Source: a virus
Lineage: Duplodnaviria > Heunggongvirae > Uroviricota > Caudoviricetes
Strand: one strand, 5' to 3'
Length of the DNA: 24,564 nt
IMG/VR virus record: IMGVR_UViG_2563366949_000003
Part shown: positions 1 to 7,933 of the stretch, piece by piece
How positions within the stretch are numbered: position 1 is the first letter of the stretch
Layout of the letters: each line of letters opens with the position of its first letter
Translations under genes and position numbers: made by a program
The notes under the pieces: model-generated
Told to the model about the DNA's origin: nothing
The model's database searches: none
Seen by the model: the letters and a program-made list of their open reading frames with translations, nothing else

Positions 1-102
1 GCCCATCCGGGGTGTACTTCCGGAGACATTGCAGATGCTTTTGCAGGTTACTCACGGCAGCGCGTTCTGCAGTCAGCAAGCAAGTTACGTCAGAGTGGGC
101 GT

Positions 103-453
103 GTGGCTCACCGTTGTGAAGGAGATACACGCAGACATTTCCCGCGCCTGACTGAGAGAGCGCAGGAGCCGGAACCACAACCAGTTCGTGAAACCAGACC
201 TGTGCGCAATTTCTATGTCGGCACTAACGATCCCCGGGTAATTTTGTGCCTGACCCGCCAGGCTGAAGAACTGGAGTCCAGGGGCTTATACCGTCGTGCT
301 GCAACCGTGTGGATGGCGGCATTCCGTGAAAGCCACTCCCAGTCAGAACGAAACAATTTTCTGGCGCGCCGTGAGCGGTGCTTACGGAAAAGCAGCAAGC
401 GCGCTGTATCGGGTGATGAGTGGTATCTGTCAGGGAATTACGTGGGGGCTTAA
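103..453 (+). CDS. PerC/ANR-like (Pch-like) small regulator; start uncertain
   Basis: The frame is open from base 1 to stop TAA 451-453, so the gene may begin upstream of the window. No in-frame ATG precedes the conserved core; GTG 103, GTG 202 or TTG 244 are possible starts. The core LESRGLYRRAATVW resembles the LExxGxYRRAAxxW signature of PerC/ANR regulators, recalled from memory. Confidence 0.4.
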   Translation: MAHRCEGDTRRHFPRLTERAQEPEPQPVRETRPVRNFYVGTNDPRVILCLTRQAEELESRGLYRRAATVWMAAFRESHSQSERNNFLARRERCLRKSSKRAVSGDEWYLSGNYVGA

Positions 454-1106
454 TGAGTAATAAATATTGCCAGGCGCTGGTGGAACTGCGGAACAAACCA
501 GCCCATGAACTGAAGGAAGTGGGCGATCAGTGGCGCACGCCGGACAACATTTTCTGGGGAATTAACACCCTGTTTGGCCCGTTTGTTCTGGATCTGTTCA
601 CCGACGGTGATAACGCCAAATGTGCCGCGTATTACACGGCGGAAGACAATGCGCTGGCGCATGACTGGTCAGAACGTCTTGCGGAGCTTAAAGGTGCTGC
701 CTTTGGTAATCCCCCATACAGCCGCGCCAGTCAGCATGAGGGGCAATACATCACCGGCATGCGTTACATCATGAAGCATGCCAGTGCCATGCGTGATAAG
801 GGCGGACGCTATGTTTTCCTGATCAAAGCTGCCACCAGCGAAGTGTGGTGGCCGGAAGATGCAGATCATATTGCTTTTATTCGCGGGCGTATTGGTTTTG
901 AAGTGCCTGCCTGGTTTATCCCGAAAGACGAGAAGCAGGTGCCGACAGGCGCTTTCTTCGCTGGTGCTATTGCTGTTTTCGATAAGACCTGGAAGGGACC
1001 GGCAATCAGCTACATCGGGCGCGATGAACTTGAGGCATGTGGTGAGGCGTTTCTGGCGCAGGTTCGCCAGCAGGCAGAACGGCTGGTCAGGGAGATAGTG
1101 GCATGA
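453..1106 (+). CDS. Phage DNA N6-adenine methyltransferase (Dam family)
   Basis: ATG 453 overlaps the upstream stop (TAATG). The 217-aa product carries the NPPY catalytic motif (GNPPYS) of amino-methyltransferases and resembles lambdoid nin-region Dam proteins. Confidence 0.75.
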   Translation: MSNKYCQALVELRNKPAHELKEVGDQWRTPDNIFWGINTLFGPFVLDLFTDGDNAKCAAYYTAEDNALAHDWSERLAELKGAAFGNPPYSRASQHEGQYITGMRYIMKHASAMRDKGGRYVFLIKAATSEVWWPEDADHIAFIRGRIGFEVPAWFIPKDEKQVPTGAFFAGAIAVFDKTWKGPAISYIGRDELEACGEAFLAQVRQQAERLVREIVA

Positions 1107-1492
1107 AGCTGATCCTGCCTTTTCCGCCCAGCGTGAACACGTACTGGCGACACCCCAACAAAGGGGCGTTTGCAGGTAAGAGCCTGATAAGCGCGGCGGG
1201 GCGCAAATTCCAGAGCGCGGCGTGTGCAGCAATAGTTGAGCAGTTACGTCGTCTGCCGAAACCAACGTCGGCACCTGCTTCAGTGGAGATCGTGTTGTTT
1301 CCTCCGGATAACCGGATCCGCGATCTGGACAACTATAACAAGGCGCTGTTTGACGCCCTGACCCACGCGGGTGTGTGGGAAGACGACAGTCAGGTGAAAA
1401 GAATGCTGGTGGAGTGGGGACCGGTTATCCCGGAAGGGAAGGTCGAGATCACTATCAGTAAGTACGAGAAAACGGCGGGTGCAGCCGCCTGA
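1103..1492 (+). CDS. rusA: Holliday-junction resolvase RusA
   Basis: ATGA start/stop overlap with the methyltransferase. The 129-aa product has the RusA-like acidic motif DLDNYNKALFDAL and sits at the nin-region position upstream of Q. Confidence 0.8.
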   Translation: MKLILPFPPSVNTYWRHPNKGAFAGKSLISAAGRKFQSAACAAIVEQLRRLPKPTSAPASVEIVLFPPDNRIRDLDNYNKALFDALTHAGVWEDDSQVKRMLVEWGPVIPEGKVEITISKYEKTAGAAA

Positions 1493-1511
1493 TCAAGAGG
1501 AGAAACGAAGT

Positions 1512-2354
1512 ATGAATAATCTGATGGTCATTGATGGTATTGAAGTTCGTCGTGATGCTTATGGGCGTTACAGCCTGAACGATCTGCATCGGGCTGCTGT
1601 TGCATCTGGTGCAAATGCCAGAACTAAGGAGCCGGGAAAGTTTCTTTCCAGCCAACAGATTACTGAGCTGGTTCAGGAATTGATCGATACCCAAAATTTG
1701 GGTGTCGGTTCATTCAATGAAACTACCCAAAATTTGGGTAGTAAACCAGTAAGTAAAATAGAAGGGCGGAATGGAGGAACGTATGTCTGCAAGGAACTGG
1801 TGTATGCCTATGCAATGTGGATCAGCCCGTCATTCCATCTGAAGGTGATCCGTACTTTCGATATGGTAACCAGCACACCGGAAAAATTATCCGGGCAGGC
1901 TGCTGACAAGATGCAGGCTGGCGTGATCCTGCTGGACTTTATGCGCCGGGAATTAAACCTGTCTAACTCATCAGTGCTTGGAGCCTGTCAGAAGCTTCAG
2001 GAGGCTGTTGGCTTACCGAATCTGGCACCGCGCTATGCCATTGATGCTCCTGCTGACGCGCCTGATGGCTCAAGTCGCCCCACGCTGTCGCTGAGTGCAC
2101 TGCTGAAACAGTATGGTATCCGCCTGACGGCTAATCAGGCATATCACCAGATGGTGAAGCTGGGGATCGTTGAACAACGCGAACGATACAGCCGTACCGC
2201 GATTAACAACATCAAAAAATTCTGGTCGCTGACCGCGAAAGGCTGCATGTTCGGCAAGAACATCACCAGTCCTGCAAATCCGCGCGAGACGCAGCCGCAT
2301 TTCTTCGAATCCCGATTCCCTGAGCTGTTAAAGCTGCTCGATACCGTTCATTGA
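1512..2354 (+). CDS. KilA-N domain protein (Roi-like DNA-binding / antirepressor-like)
   Basis: AGGAG RBS at 1497-1501, then ATG 1512. The N-terminus MNNLMVIDGIEVRRDAYGRYSLNDLHRA is typical of the KilA-N domain. The ORF track starts it at 1479, but 1512 is better supported. Confidence 0.7.
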   Translation: MNNLMVIDGIEVRRDAYGRYSLNDLHRAAVASGANARTKEPGKFLSSQQITELVQELIDTQNLGVGSFNETTQNLGSKPVSKIEGRNGGTYVCKELVYAYAMWISPSFHLKVIRTFDMVTSTPEKLSGQAADKMQAGVILLDFMRRELNLSNSSVLGACQKLQEAVGLPNLAPRYAIDAPADAPDGSSRPTLSLSALLKQYGIRLTANQAYHQMVKLGIVEQRERYSRTAINNIKKFWSLTAKGCMFGKNITSPANPRETQPHFFESRFPELLKLLDTVH

Positions 2355-2355
2355 G

Positions 2356-3351
2356 GTGACCGTGAGAGCACTACTGACCCCTGAAATTGCCCCGCGTATG
2401 GGGATCGTATTGTTCAGGCCAGGTTCAGAGCTGATGCCCCTGTTTATGCAGGGGCGTGTCCTGCTGGAGCCTGAGCCGGAACGTTATTCATCTTTCGCCA
2501 GTGGTGCCGTTCCGGCGGCATCACAACCGCTGGCGGATGATCCTGCCGTTCGGGCCGTGTTCCGCAATGAGGCAGTGATCCGTCGTGCTGGTGGCGTGGA
2601 ATGTCTTGAAAGCTGGTTACTTCGTGAAAAGGGCTGTCAGTGGCCTCATTCCGGATGGCACAGCGAGAACATGACCACAATGCGACACGCGCCGGGCGCA
2701 ATCCGTCTGTGTTGGCACTGCGATAACCAGTTGCGTGATCAGTTCACGGAACGGCTGGAATCAATGGCAACGGATAACTGTGCCCACTGGGTGTTATCTG
2801 TCGTGCGTCGGGATCTCGGTTTTGATGACAGTCACGTAGTGACAATGCCGGAACTGTGCTGGTGGCTGGTTCGTAATGACCTGGCGGATGCCTTACCGGA
2901 AAGTGCAGCCCGTAAGGCACTGAGATTACCGAAGCCTGTTGTGCCGTCTGTCACCCGGGAAAGTGACCTTGTGCCTTCGGTTCCTGCCACCAGCATCATC
3001 CAGGATAAAGCGAAAAAGGTGCTGGCGCTGAAAGTGGATCCGGAGTCGCCGGAGTCTTTTATGTTACGCCCAAAACGTCGCCGCTGGGTTAATGAAAAGT
3101 ACACGCGCTGGGTTAAGACACAGCCGTGTGCATGTTGTGGAAAGCCCGCTGATGATCCCCACCACCTGATAGGCCACGGTCAGGGTGGAATGGGTACAAA
3201 AGCGCATGACCTTTTTGTGTTGCCTTTGTGCAGAAAGCATCACGACGAGCTGCATGCGAATACCGTGGCATTTGAAGAGAATTATGGCTCCCAGCTGGAG
3301 CTGATATTTCGTTTTATCGATCGTGCGCTGGCAATAGGCGTACTGGCGTAA
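2356..3351 (+). CDS. ydfU: DUF968 family protein (YdfU-like) with C-terminal HNH-like Cys/His motif
   Basis: GTG start one base after the upstream stop. The C-terminus CACCGKPADDPHHLIGHG...CRKHHDELH looks like a zinc-binding HNH-like motif. Its position just upstream of Q matches Qin ydfU-quuQ. Confidence 0.65.
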   Translation: MTVRALLTPEIAPRMGIVLFRPGSELMPLFMQGRVLLEPEPERYSSFASGAVPAASQPLADDPAVRAVFRNEAVIRRAGGVECLESWLLREKGCQWPHSGWHSENMTTMRHAPGAIRLCWHCDNQLRDQFTERLESMATDNCAHWVLSVVRRDLGFDDSHVVTMPELCWWLVRNDLADALPESAARKALRLPKPVVPSVTRESDLVPSVPATSIIQDKAKKVLALKVDPESPESFMLRPKRRRWVNEKYTRWVKTQPCACCGKPADDPHHLIGHGQGGMGTKAHDLFVLPLCRKHHDELHANTVAFEENYGSQLELIFRFIDRALAIGVLA

Positions 3352-3364
3352 GTGGAGAACGAGC

Positions 3365-4117
3365 ATGAACCTTGAAGCTTTACCAAAATATTACTCCCCA
3401 AAATCGCCAAAATTGAGTGATGACGCACCGGCGACAGGCTCGGGTGGTTTAACAATAACAGATGTGATGGCTGCGCAGGGGATGGTGCAGTCGAAAGCTC
3501 CGCTTGGTTTTGCCTTATTCCTGGCAAAAGTTGGTGTTCAGGATCCTCAGTTTGCGATTGAAGGTCTGCTCAATTACGCGATGGCAATGGATAATCCGAC
3601 ATTGAACAAATTGAGTGAAGAAATCCGGTTACAGATCATCCCTTACCTTGTGAATTTTGCCTTTGCTGATTATTCCAGGTCTGCGGCAAGTAAGGCTCGC
3701 TGTGAGTATTGTGCTGGTACTGGATTTCATAATGTATTGCGCGAAGTGGTGAAACACTCCAGAAGTGGGGAATCTGTTATCAAGGAAGAGTGGGTGAAGG
3801 AACTATGTCAGCATTGCCATGGTAAGGGAGAAGTCAGCACAGCGTGCAGAGGGTGTAAGGGGAAAGGTATTGTCCTGGATGAAAAAAGAACCCGGCTTCA
3901 TAGCACGCCTGTTTATAAGGTTTGTGGGCGTTGCAATGGAAACCGGTTTAGTCGTTTACCAACGACACTGGCGCGGTGTCATGTCCAGAAGCTGGTACCA
4001 GACCTGACGGATTATCAGTGGTACAAAGGATATGCAGATGTCATTGATAAACTGGTTACAAAGTGCTGGCAGGAAGAAGCATATGCTGAGGTGCAATTAA
4101 GAAAAGTGACGAGATAA
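3365..4117 (+). CDS. quuQ: Late antiterminator Q (QuuQ type, 250 aa, multiple CxxC zinc motifs)
   Basis: The 250-aa product has three CxxC pairs (CEYCAGTG, CQHCHGKGE, CRGCKGKG) and matches the Qin-type Q antiterminator by length and position upstream of the lysis genes. Confidence 0.75.
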   Translation: MNLEALPKYYSPKSPKLSDDAPATGSGGLTITDVMAAQGMVQSKAPLGFALFLAKVGVQDPQFAIEGLLNYAMAMDNPTLNKLSEEIRLQIIPYLVNFAFADYSRSAASKARCEYCAGTGFHNVLREVVKHSRSGESVIKEEWVKELCQHCHGKGEVSTACRGCKGKGIVLDEKRTRLHSTPVYKVCGRCNGNRFSRLPTTLARCHVQKLVPDLTDYQWYKGYADVIDKLVTKCWQEEAYAEVQLRKVTR

Positions 4118-4367
4118 ATGATTTTCACCGAACGATGGCGACATAACGATTGTATTTTCTAAGGAAACGTGCAAAGAGTTTTCCAATGATGAGCCTTATA
4201 TGCATACCGGTGGAAAATATCAATAAGCCGCGCAGAGTGGTTTTTTTGTGGACATAAACTTTGTGCAGAACGGTAACCATTATGGTTGCCGTGAATGCAG
4301 TTTTTTTACATTGCTGGCTTTTTTAGATTTGTGTTAGTTCTTGATATTAACAAGAAGGGGAAAAGAC

Positions 4368-4469
4368 ATGCTAAAACGGCAGGATATGAAGGAAACGGTT
4401 ATGCGTGAATGTTCCAGTGTGATTAACCATATCATCTGGAGAAGCCATCCTGATGCAGGGAAGAGGTAA
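4368..4469 (+). CDS. Small ORF (33 aa), unknown
   Basis: A GGGGA RBS lies 8-9 nt upstream of ATG 4368; product MLKRQDMKETVMRECSSVINHIIWRSHPDAGKR. It is below the ORF-track length cutoff and has no recognised family. Confidence 0.2.
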   Translation: MLKRQDMKETVMRECSSVINHIIWRSHPDAGKR

Positions 4470-4832
4470 CAGTAACGCGCATCAATCAGGCTGCAAATAA
4501 ATGGCTTACGCCGGAAATCTGGCTATCGATGTATTACCGGTTTGTTACCCATGAAGAAAATTAAGGTGATAACGAAACTGATTTTATAGGTGTCTTGTCA
4601 GAGTGTTGCGATGAAACTTGTGTTGGCAGTGCAGGGAAAACAGTAGGATGAAAATTATAAATTGCTTTAAATTAGCTTGATTTTCCTCATGTTATGAGAT
4701 ATTTGTCTTATATTGCTGGTTAATTATGAAAATTTTTGTAAATCTACAGCAATAAAATCCATATTAATTAAAGCACTAGATGCGTTTCTGATTTGTGCAT
4801 GAAACATACATATCATAATGATTAATTGCATC

Positions 4833-4838
4833 TATAAT
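4833..4838 (+). promoter_or_regulatory. Candidate -10 hexamer TATAAT upstream of small-ORF pair
   Basis: A perfect TATAAT sits 40 nt upstream of ATG 4879 in a very AT-rich stretch. No convincing -35 was found. Confidence 0.2.
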
Positions 4839-4878
4839 TACAGATACAGCATTGTGCTGTTAAAAAACTGGAGTCCCC

Positions 4879-4986
4879 ATGAATACATTATATGTAAGTG
4901 ATTCAAATGAAAAATCTCATGACAGGAATAAAAACAATGAGGATAGTAAGGGTAAGGATAATAAAAAAGACAACCGGAAAGAGTAA
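4879..4986 (+). CDS. Small highly charged ORF (35 aa), unknown
   Basis: GGAG lies 8 nt upstream of ATG 4879; product MNTLYVSDSNEKSHDRNKNNEDSKGKDNKKDNRKE is Lys/Asp/Asn-rich and hydrophilic. Confidence 0.25.
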   Translation: MNTLYVSDSNEKSHDRNKNNEDSKGKDNKKDNRKE

Positions 4987-5021
4987 ATAATCTTTCCTGC
5001 ATAAAAATACTAGGGTGGAAT

Positions 5022-5141
5022 ATGTCAGAACATCCAGATTTTGATGACCGTAAGCCTGATGATGAGCCCGTTGAGCGTCCTGATGAGGGGCAACCATTGA
5101 ACCCTTTTTCACCGGATGATAAAAGAGATCCTATTATTTAG
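5022..5141 (+). CDS. Small acidic proline-rich ORF (39 aa), unknown
   Basis: GGTGG lies 5 nt upstream of ATG 5022; product MSEHPDFDDRKPDDEPVERPDEGQPLNPFSPDDKRDPII. A strong intrinsic terminator follows about 50 nt downstream. Confidence 0.3.
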   Translation: MSEHPDFDDRKPDDEPVERPDEGQPLNPFSPDDKRDPII

Positions 5142-5192
5142 ATATAGCAGAATATAGCCGTTTAAAGTAGGTTGTGTTTTGTTGCTATCCTT

Positions 5193-5221
5193 AAACCACC
5201 TCCACAGGAGGTGGTTTTTTA
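5193..5221 (+). terminator. Rho-independent terminator (11-bp stem AAACCACCTCC / GGAGGTGGTTT, U-tract)
   Basis: Perfect inverted repeat with a 4-nt loop, followed by TTTTTT. It lies between the plus-strand small ORFs and the convergent minus-strand ORF at 5278-5463. Confidence 0.6.
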
Positions 5222-5277
5222 CTAATGGAACATTAATTGGCAGATGTGATTGTGTACGACTTATGGGAGGCTTAAGA

Positions 5278-5463
5278 TTATTTTCTGCCAATAATAAAAC
5301 CAAGCGTTAACCCTATGCTTAGAGCAACCACCACGCTAGTCAGTGGATAATTTCTAAATTTATCTTTAACGTTTTCTTTGCCTCCCTGCAAAGCATCGTC
5401 AGCACATGATGCATATTTTTTGACAGTATTAACTATTTCGTTTTCAGATTGATTTGAAGTCAT
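5278..5463 (-). CDS. DUF883 (ElaB/YqjD/YgaM-like) C-tail-anchored small membrane protein
   Basis: The C-terminus NYPLTSVVVALSIGLTLGFIIGRK matches the ElaB-family tail anchor (hydrophobic helix ending GRK/GRR). The ATG at 5461-5463 gives 61 aa; a TTG at 5562 would give 94 aa, closer to typical family length. Confidence 0.45.
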   Translation of the reverse strand: MTSNQSENEIVNTVKKYASCADDALQGGKENVKDKFRNYPLTSVVVALSIGLTLGFIIGRK

Positions 5464-5916
5464 GTTTGAAGTCCTGATGTTAAGTGGCTTTTTAATTATA
5501 GCAGATATGCTTTCAATGATAGGGCGGAGAGTTGTTATTGAGGTGATACTATGGCCACTCAATCAACATTACATAAAATGACGTTTACTCCTGTTTGGCA
5601 CAGTAGCAGAATTTTGCTTCTGCTACTGAAGTCGCTTTAGCACTAGAATATGCAGATGGATAAAGCAGTTCAGCGTATGTACTGCGTCATGCATATCGGT
5701 CTTGCAGATATGACGAGAAGGGGAGACAAGGTGTGTGTAATGTAGAAGTCTTTAAAGTGCTGTCTGGGATAACTCTATACTGAAGTGCAATTGATAAAAG
5801 TAACACGATAAAGGTTTTTCAATGAAGATGGTAACGTGATGCTTGCATTTTTCAAAAAATATGGATAAAATTTTTTCAACGATGGGCTTTGTATACCCGA
5901 CGTTAAGAAAAAGTAG

Positions 5917-5941
5917 AAAACCCGCTGATGAGCGGGTTTTG
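5917..5941. terminator. Bidirectional hairpin terminator (AAAACCCGCT-GATG-AGCGGGTTTT)
   Basis: The stem is flanked by an A-run on one side and a T-run on the other, so it could terminate either strand. It lies about 290 nt downstream of cspF on the minus strand. Confidence 0.45.
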
Positions 5942-6232
5942 TGCTTTAAATGGGGCAATGGTAATGTTGAATCTCATCCCGGGACTCATGTCTGTTAACT
6001 TATTATTTAGCTGGTGACTTGGTTATTTGCCTGATGTTTAAAATGTTTTCTTCCAGTACAATGTCCCTAAACACAATGAGTCTGCTTATTATATTATTAG
6101 CAGAGCTATTACGGCCAAAGTACAGCATAAGCTTTTAAAGCCAGTCAACCAGTCATCAAGACAGACGGGGTTATTCATAAAAACTCTCCATGTGTGATCC
6201 GATGGGGCCTGAAATTAAAGCTTTAATATAGC

Positions 6233-6445
6233 TCATGAAAGGTAAACATTGGCAGCTGAAGGGCCACGCAGAGCATTTATCCGGCAAAATTCCACGCGTA
6301 ATCCGGTGGTAATTTCTTCTGCATCGCGGAGATTGAGCGCTGAAACATGAAGCTGGACATCGATACGACCATCGGATGGGGTGATAAGACCCTTGCCGCT
6401 TTTGCCGTCAAAGGTTTTGACAATTCCTGTCATTTTACGGGACAA
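6233..6445 (-). CDS. cspF: Cold-shock protein CspF-type paralog
   Basis: The 70-aa product [26 protein letters not shown]... is a cold-shock-domain protein of the CspF/CspH subtype, divergent from cspB as in Qin. Confidence 0.85.
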   Translation of the reverse strand: MSRKMTGIVKTFDGKSGKGLITPSDGRIDVQLHVSALNLRDAEEITTGLRVEFCRINALRGPSAANVYLS

Positions 6446-6745
6446 AAAAATTCCTTAATACTGATAACTTGGCGCACTATACACACTTTCCTGAAGAAAG
6501 CTATAGTTTTTTGATGGGGTTGAAGATGGCTGGATGTCTAAAATAAACATTGCTTCATATGTTCAACTATGCGTTAATGATTGCGTCGGTTTGAAGAACA
6601 GACGATATACGAAGTAGTTTACTAAAGCAGTTCTCATTTCAGGTGTTATTCACTTATTCCTTCTTTGAGTCTCTCCAATTAAGTACGAAGTCGTTTCTGT
6701 TATACAAGCCATTTATGCCGAAAGGCTCAAGTTAAGGAATGTAGA

Positions 6746-6961
6746 ATGTCAAATAAAATGACTGGTTTAGTAAAATGGTTTAACGCTGATAAAGGTTTTG
6801 GCTTTATTTCTCCTGTTGATGGTAGTAAAGATGTGTTTGTGCATTTTTCTGCGATTCAGAATGATAATTTTCGAACCTTATTTGAAGGTCAAAAGGTTAC
6901 CTTCTCTGTAGAGAGTGGTGCTAAAGGTCCTGCAGCAGCAAATGTCATAATTACTGATTAA
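6746..6961 (+). CDS. cspB: Cold-shock protein CspB
   Basis: The 71-aa product [51 protein letters not shown]... carries the RNP1/RNP2 motifs and is near-identical to E. coli CspB. A long upstream leader is typical of csp genes. Confidence 0.9.
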   Translation: MSNKMTGLVKWFNADKGFGFISPVDGSKDVFVHFSAIQNDNFRTLFEGQKVTFSVESGAKGPAAANVIITD

Positions 6962-7242
6962 AATTAATAGTTTGTCTGTATACGATAACGAAGAAGGCTG
7001 ATGCCTGAGTGGAGATACAGACAGAGTGGTGAATATTGGATCTCTTTAATAAATAGTAAGGAGATCCAATACATGAAACAATGGCCAGCATATTTGGCAA
7101 TAACTTAATCAGGAAAAGTATGCTAACCATTGTGGTGAAGTGCAGGTTTGCTGCATGAATAGTTTTACAGCAGAAGCTAACTGCTAGCATAGCAAAACAA
7201 AGTGCGTAAGTGGATGACTCCCACAAAAAGCACCACAATATT

Positions 7243-7267
7243 AAACCCGCTCAGGCGGGTTTTTTAT
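7243..7267. terminator. Hairpin terminator (AAACCCGC-TCAG-GCGGGTTTTTT)
   Basis: GC stem followed by TTTTTTATT on the plus strand. It sits between convergent cspB (+) and the minus-strand zinc-ribbon ORF. Confidence 0.55.
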
Positions 7268-7324
7268 TATCTGCTTTAAATATGTTATTAAAATATAAAA
7301 AATACTTGTTACGAATAAAATCAA

Positions 7325-7495
7325 TCAAGCTACAGCTTTAAGATTTGTCTGGAATACTTTGTTGCAATGAGGGCAGATCAAAAGAGCACCTTTTTGTACT
7401 CTTGAAAAACTGTGTTCTGACTCTTGGGTGCAGTTTGGGCAGGAACATTTAACGAGATAATTACGGCGTGATTTTGAGTCTTTACGTTCTGACAT
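7325..7495 (-). CDS. Small zinc-ribbon protein (CxCPxC...CPHC), unknown function
   Basis: AGGAAA lies upstream of the ATG at 7493-7495. The 56-aa product MSERKDSKSRRNYLVKCSCPNCTQESEHSFSRVQKGALLICPHCNKVFQTNLKAVA has two Cys pairs about 20 residues apart. The track's longer form (to 7546) lacks an RBS. Confidence 0.4.
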   Translation of the reverse strand: MSERKDSKSRRNYLVKCSCPNCTQESEHSFSRVQKGALLICPHCNKVFQTNLKAVA

Positions 7496-7713
7496 AGGCT
7501 TTTCCTGTATAAATGGCCGTATACAGTACACTAAATGTGAAAACATATCTCGTATTATTATTTAATATATGATTTTCTTTTAAAATAATTACCCACATTT
7601 TTAATGTGTCTGTTTTTTAGCGCCGTTGAGAACAACGTTTGCTATAAAAACTAACCCATAGACTCCGATCTTTTCAAACATATTGCACCATCTGTGTACA
7701 TCGGGGTGAGGAT

Positions 7714-7929
7714 ATGAAATCAATGGATAAGTTAACAACAGGTATCGCCTATGGCACATCGGCGGGTAATGCTGGTTTCTGGGCATTGCAGTTACTCGAT
7801 AAAGTAACTCCGTCACAGTGGGCTGCAATCGGTGTGCTGGGTAGTCTGGTTTTTGGCCTGCTGACATATCTGACAAACCTTTATTTCAAGATTAAAGAAG
7901 ACAGGCGTAAGGTTGCGAGAAGAGAGTAA
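7714..7929 (+). CDS. essQ: Holin, phage 21 S-type (class II)
   Basis: The 71-aa product [31 protein letters not shown]... has two transmembrane segments and a charged C-terminus, matching S21/EssQ-type holins. Confidence 0.85.
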   Translation: MKSMDKLTTGIAYGTSAGNAGFWALQLLDKVTPSQWAAIGVLGSLVFGLLTYLTNLYFKIKEDRRKVARRE

Positions 7930-7933
7930 TCCA

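Noticed and set aside
4118-4310. Late promoter and Q-utilisation site immediately downstream of Q
   Set aside because: These are expected here, but I found no hexamer pair with convincing spacing. The hairpin at 4271-4292 and nearby T-runs are suggestive but not callable without alignment to a characterised Q system.
4903-5303. Minus-strand ORFs 4903-5112 and 5109-5303
   Set aside because: They are hydrophobic and low-complexity, antisense to better-supported plus-strand small ORFs, run through the terminator hairpin and lack an RBS.
5752-5958. 68-aa minus-strand ORF
   Set aside because: It spans the bidirectional terminator hairpin, has an AT-rich codon composition and no RBS.
6951-7238. 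95-aa minus-strand hydrophobic ORF downstream of cspB
   Set aside because: It overlaps the hairpin at 7035-7070 and the cspB 3' region with no start signals; likely a frame artefact of AT-rich DNA.
4118-7713. tRNA genes or stx-like toxin genes in the Q-holin interval
   Set aside because: I scanned for T-arm GTTCGAATC-like motifs and for AB5-toxin-sized ORFs and found none.
7601-7876. 91-aa minus-strand ORF overlapping the holin gene
   Set aside because: Antisense to the essQ coding sequence; the holin assignment is far stronger.
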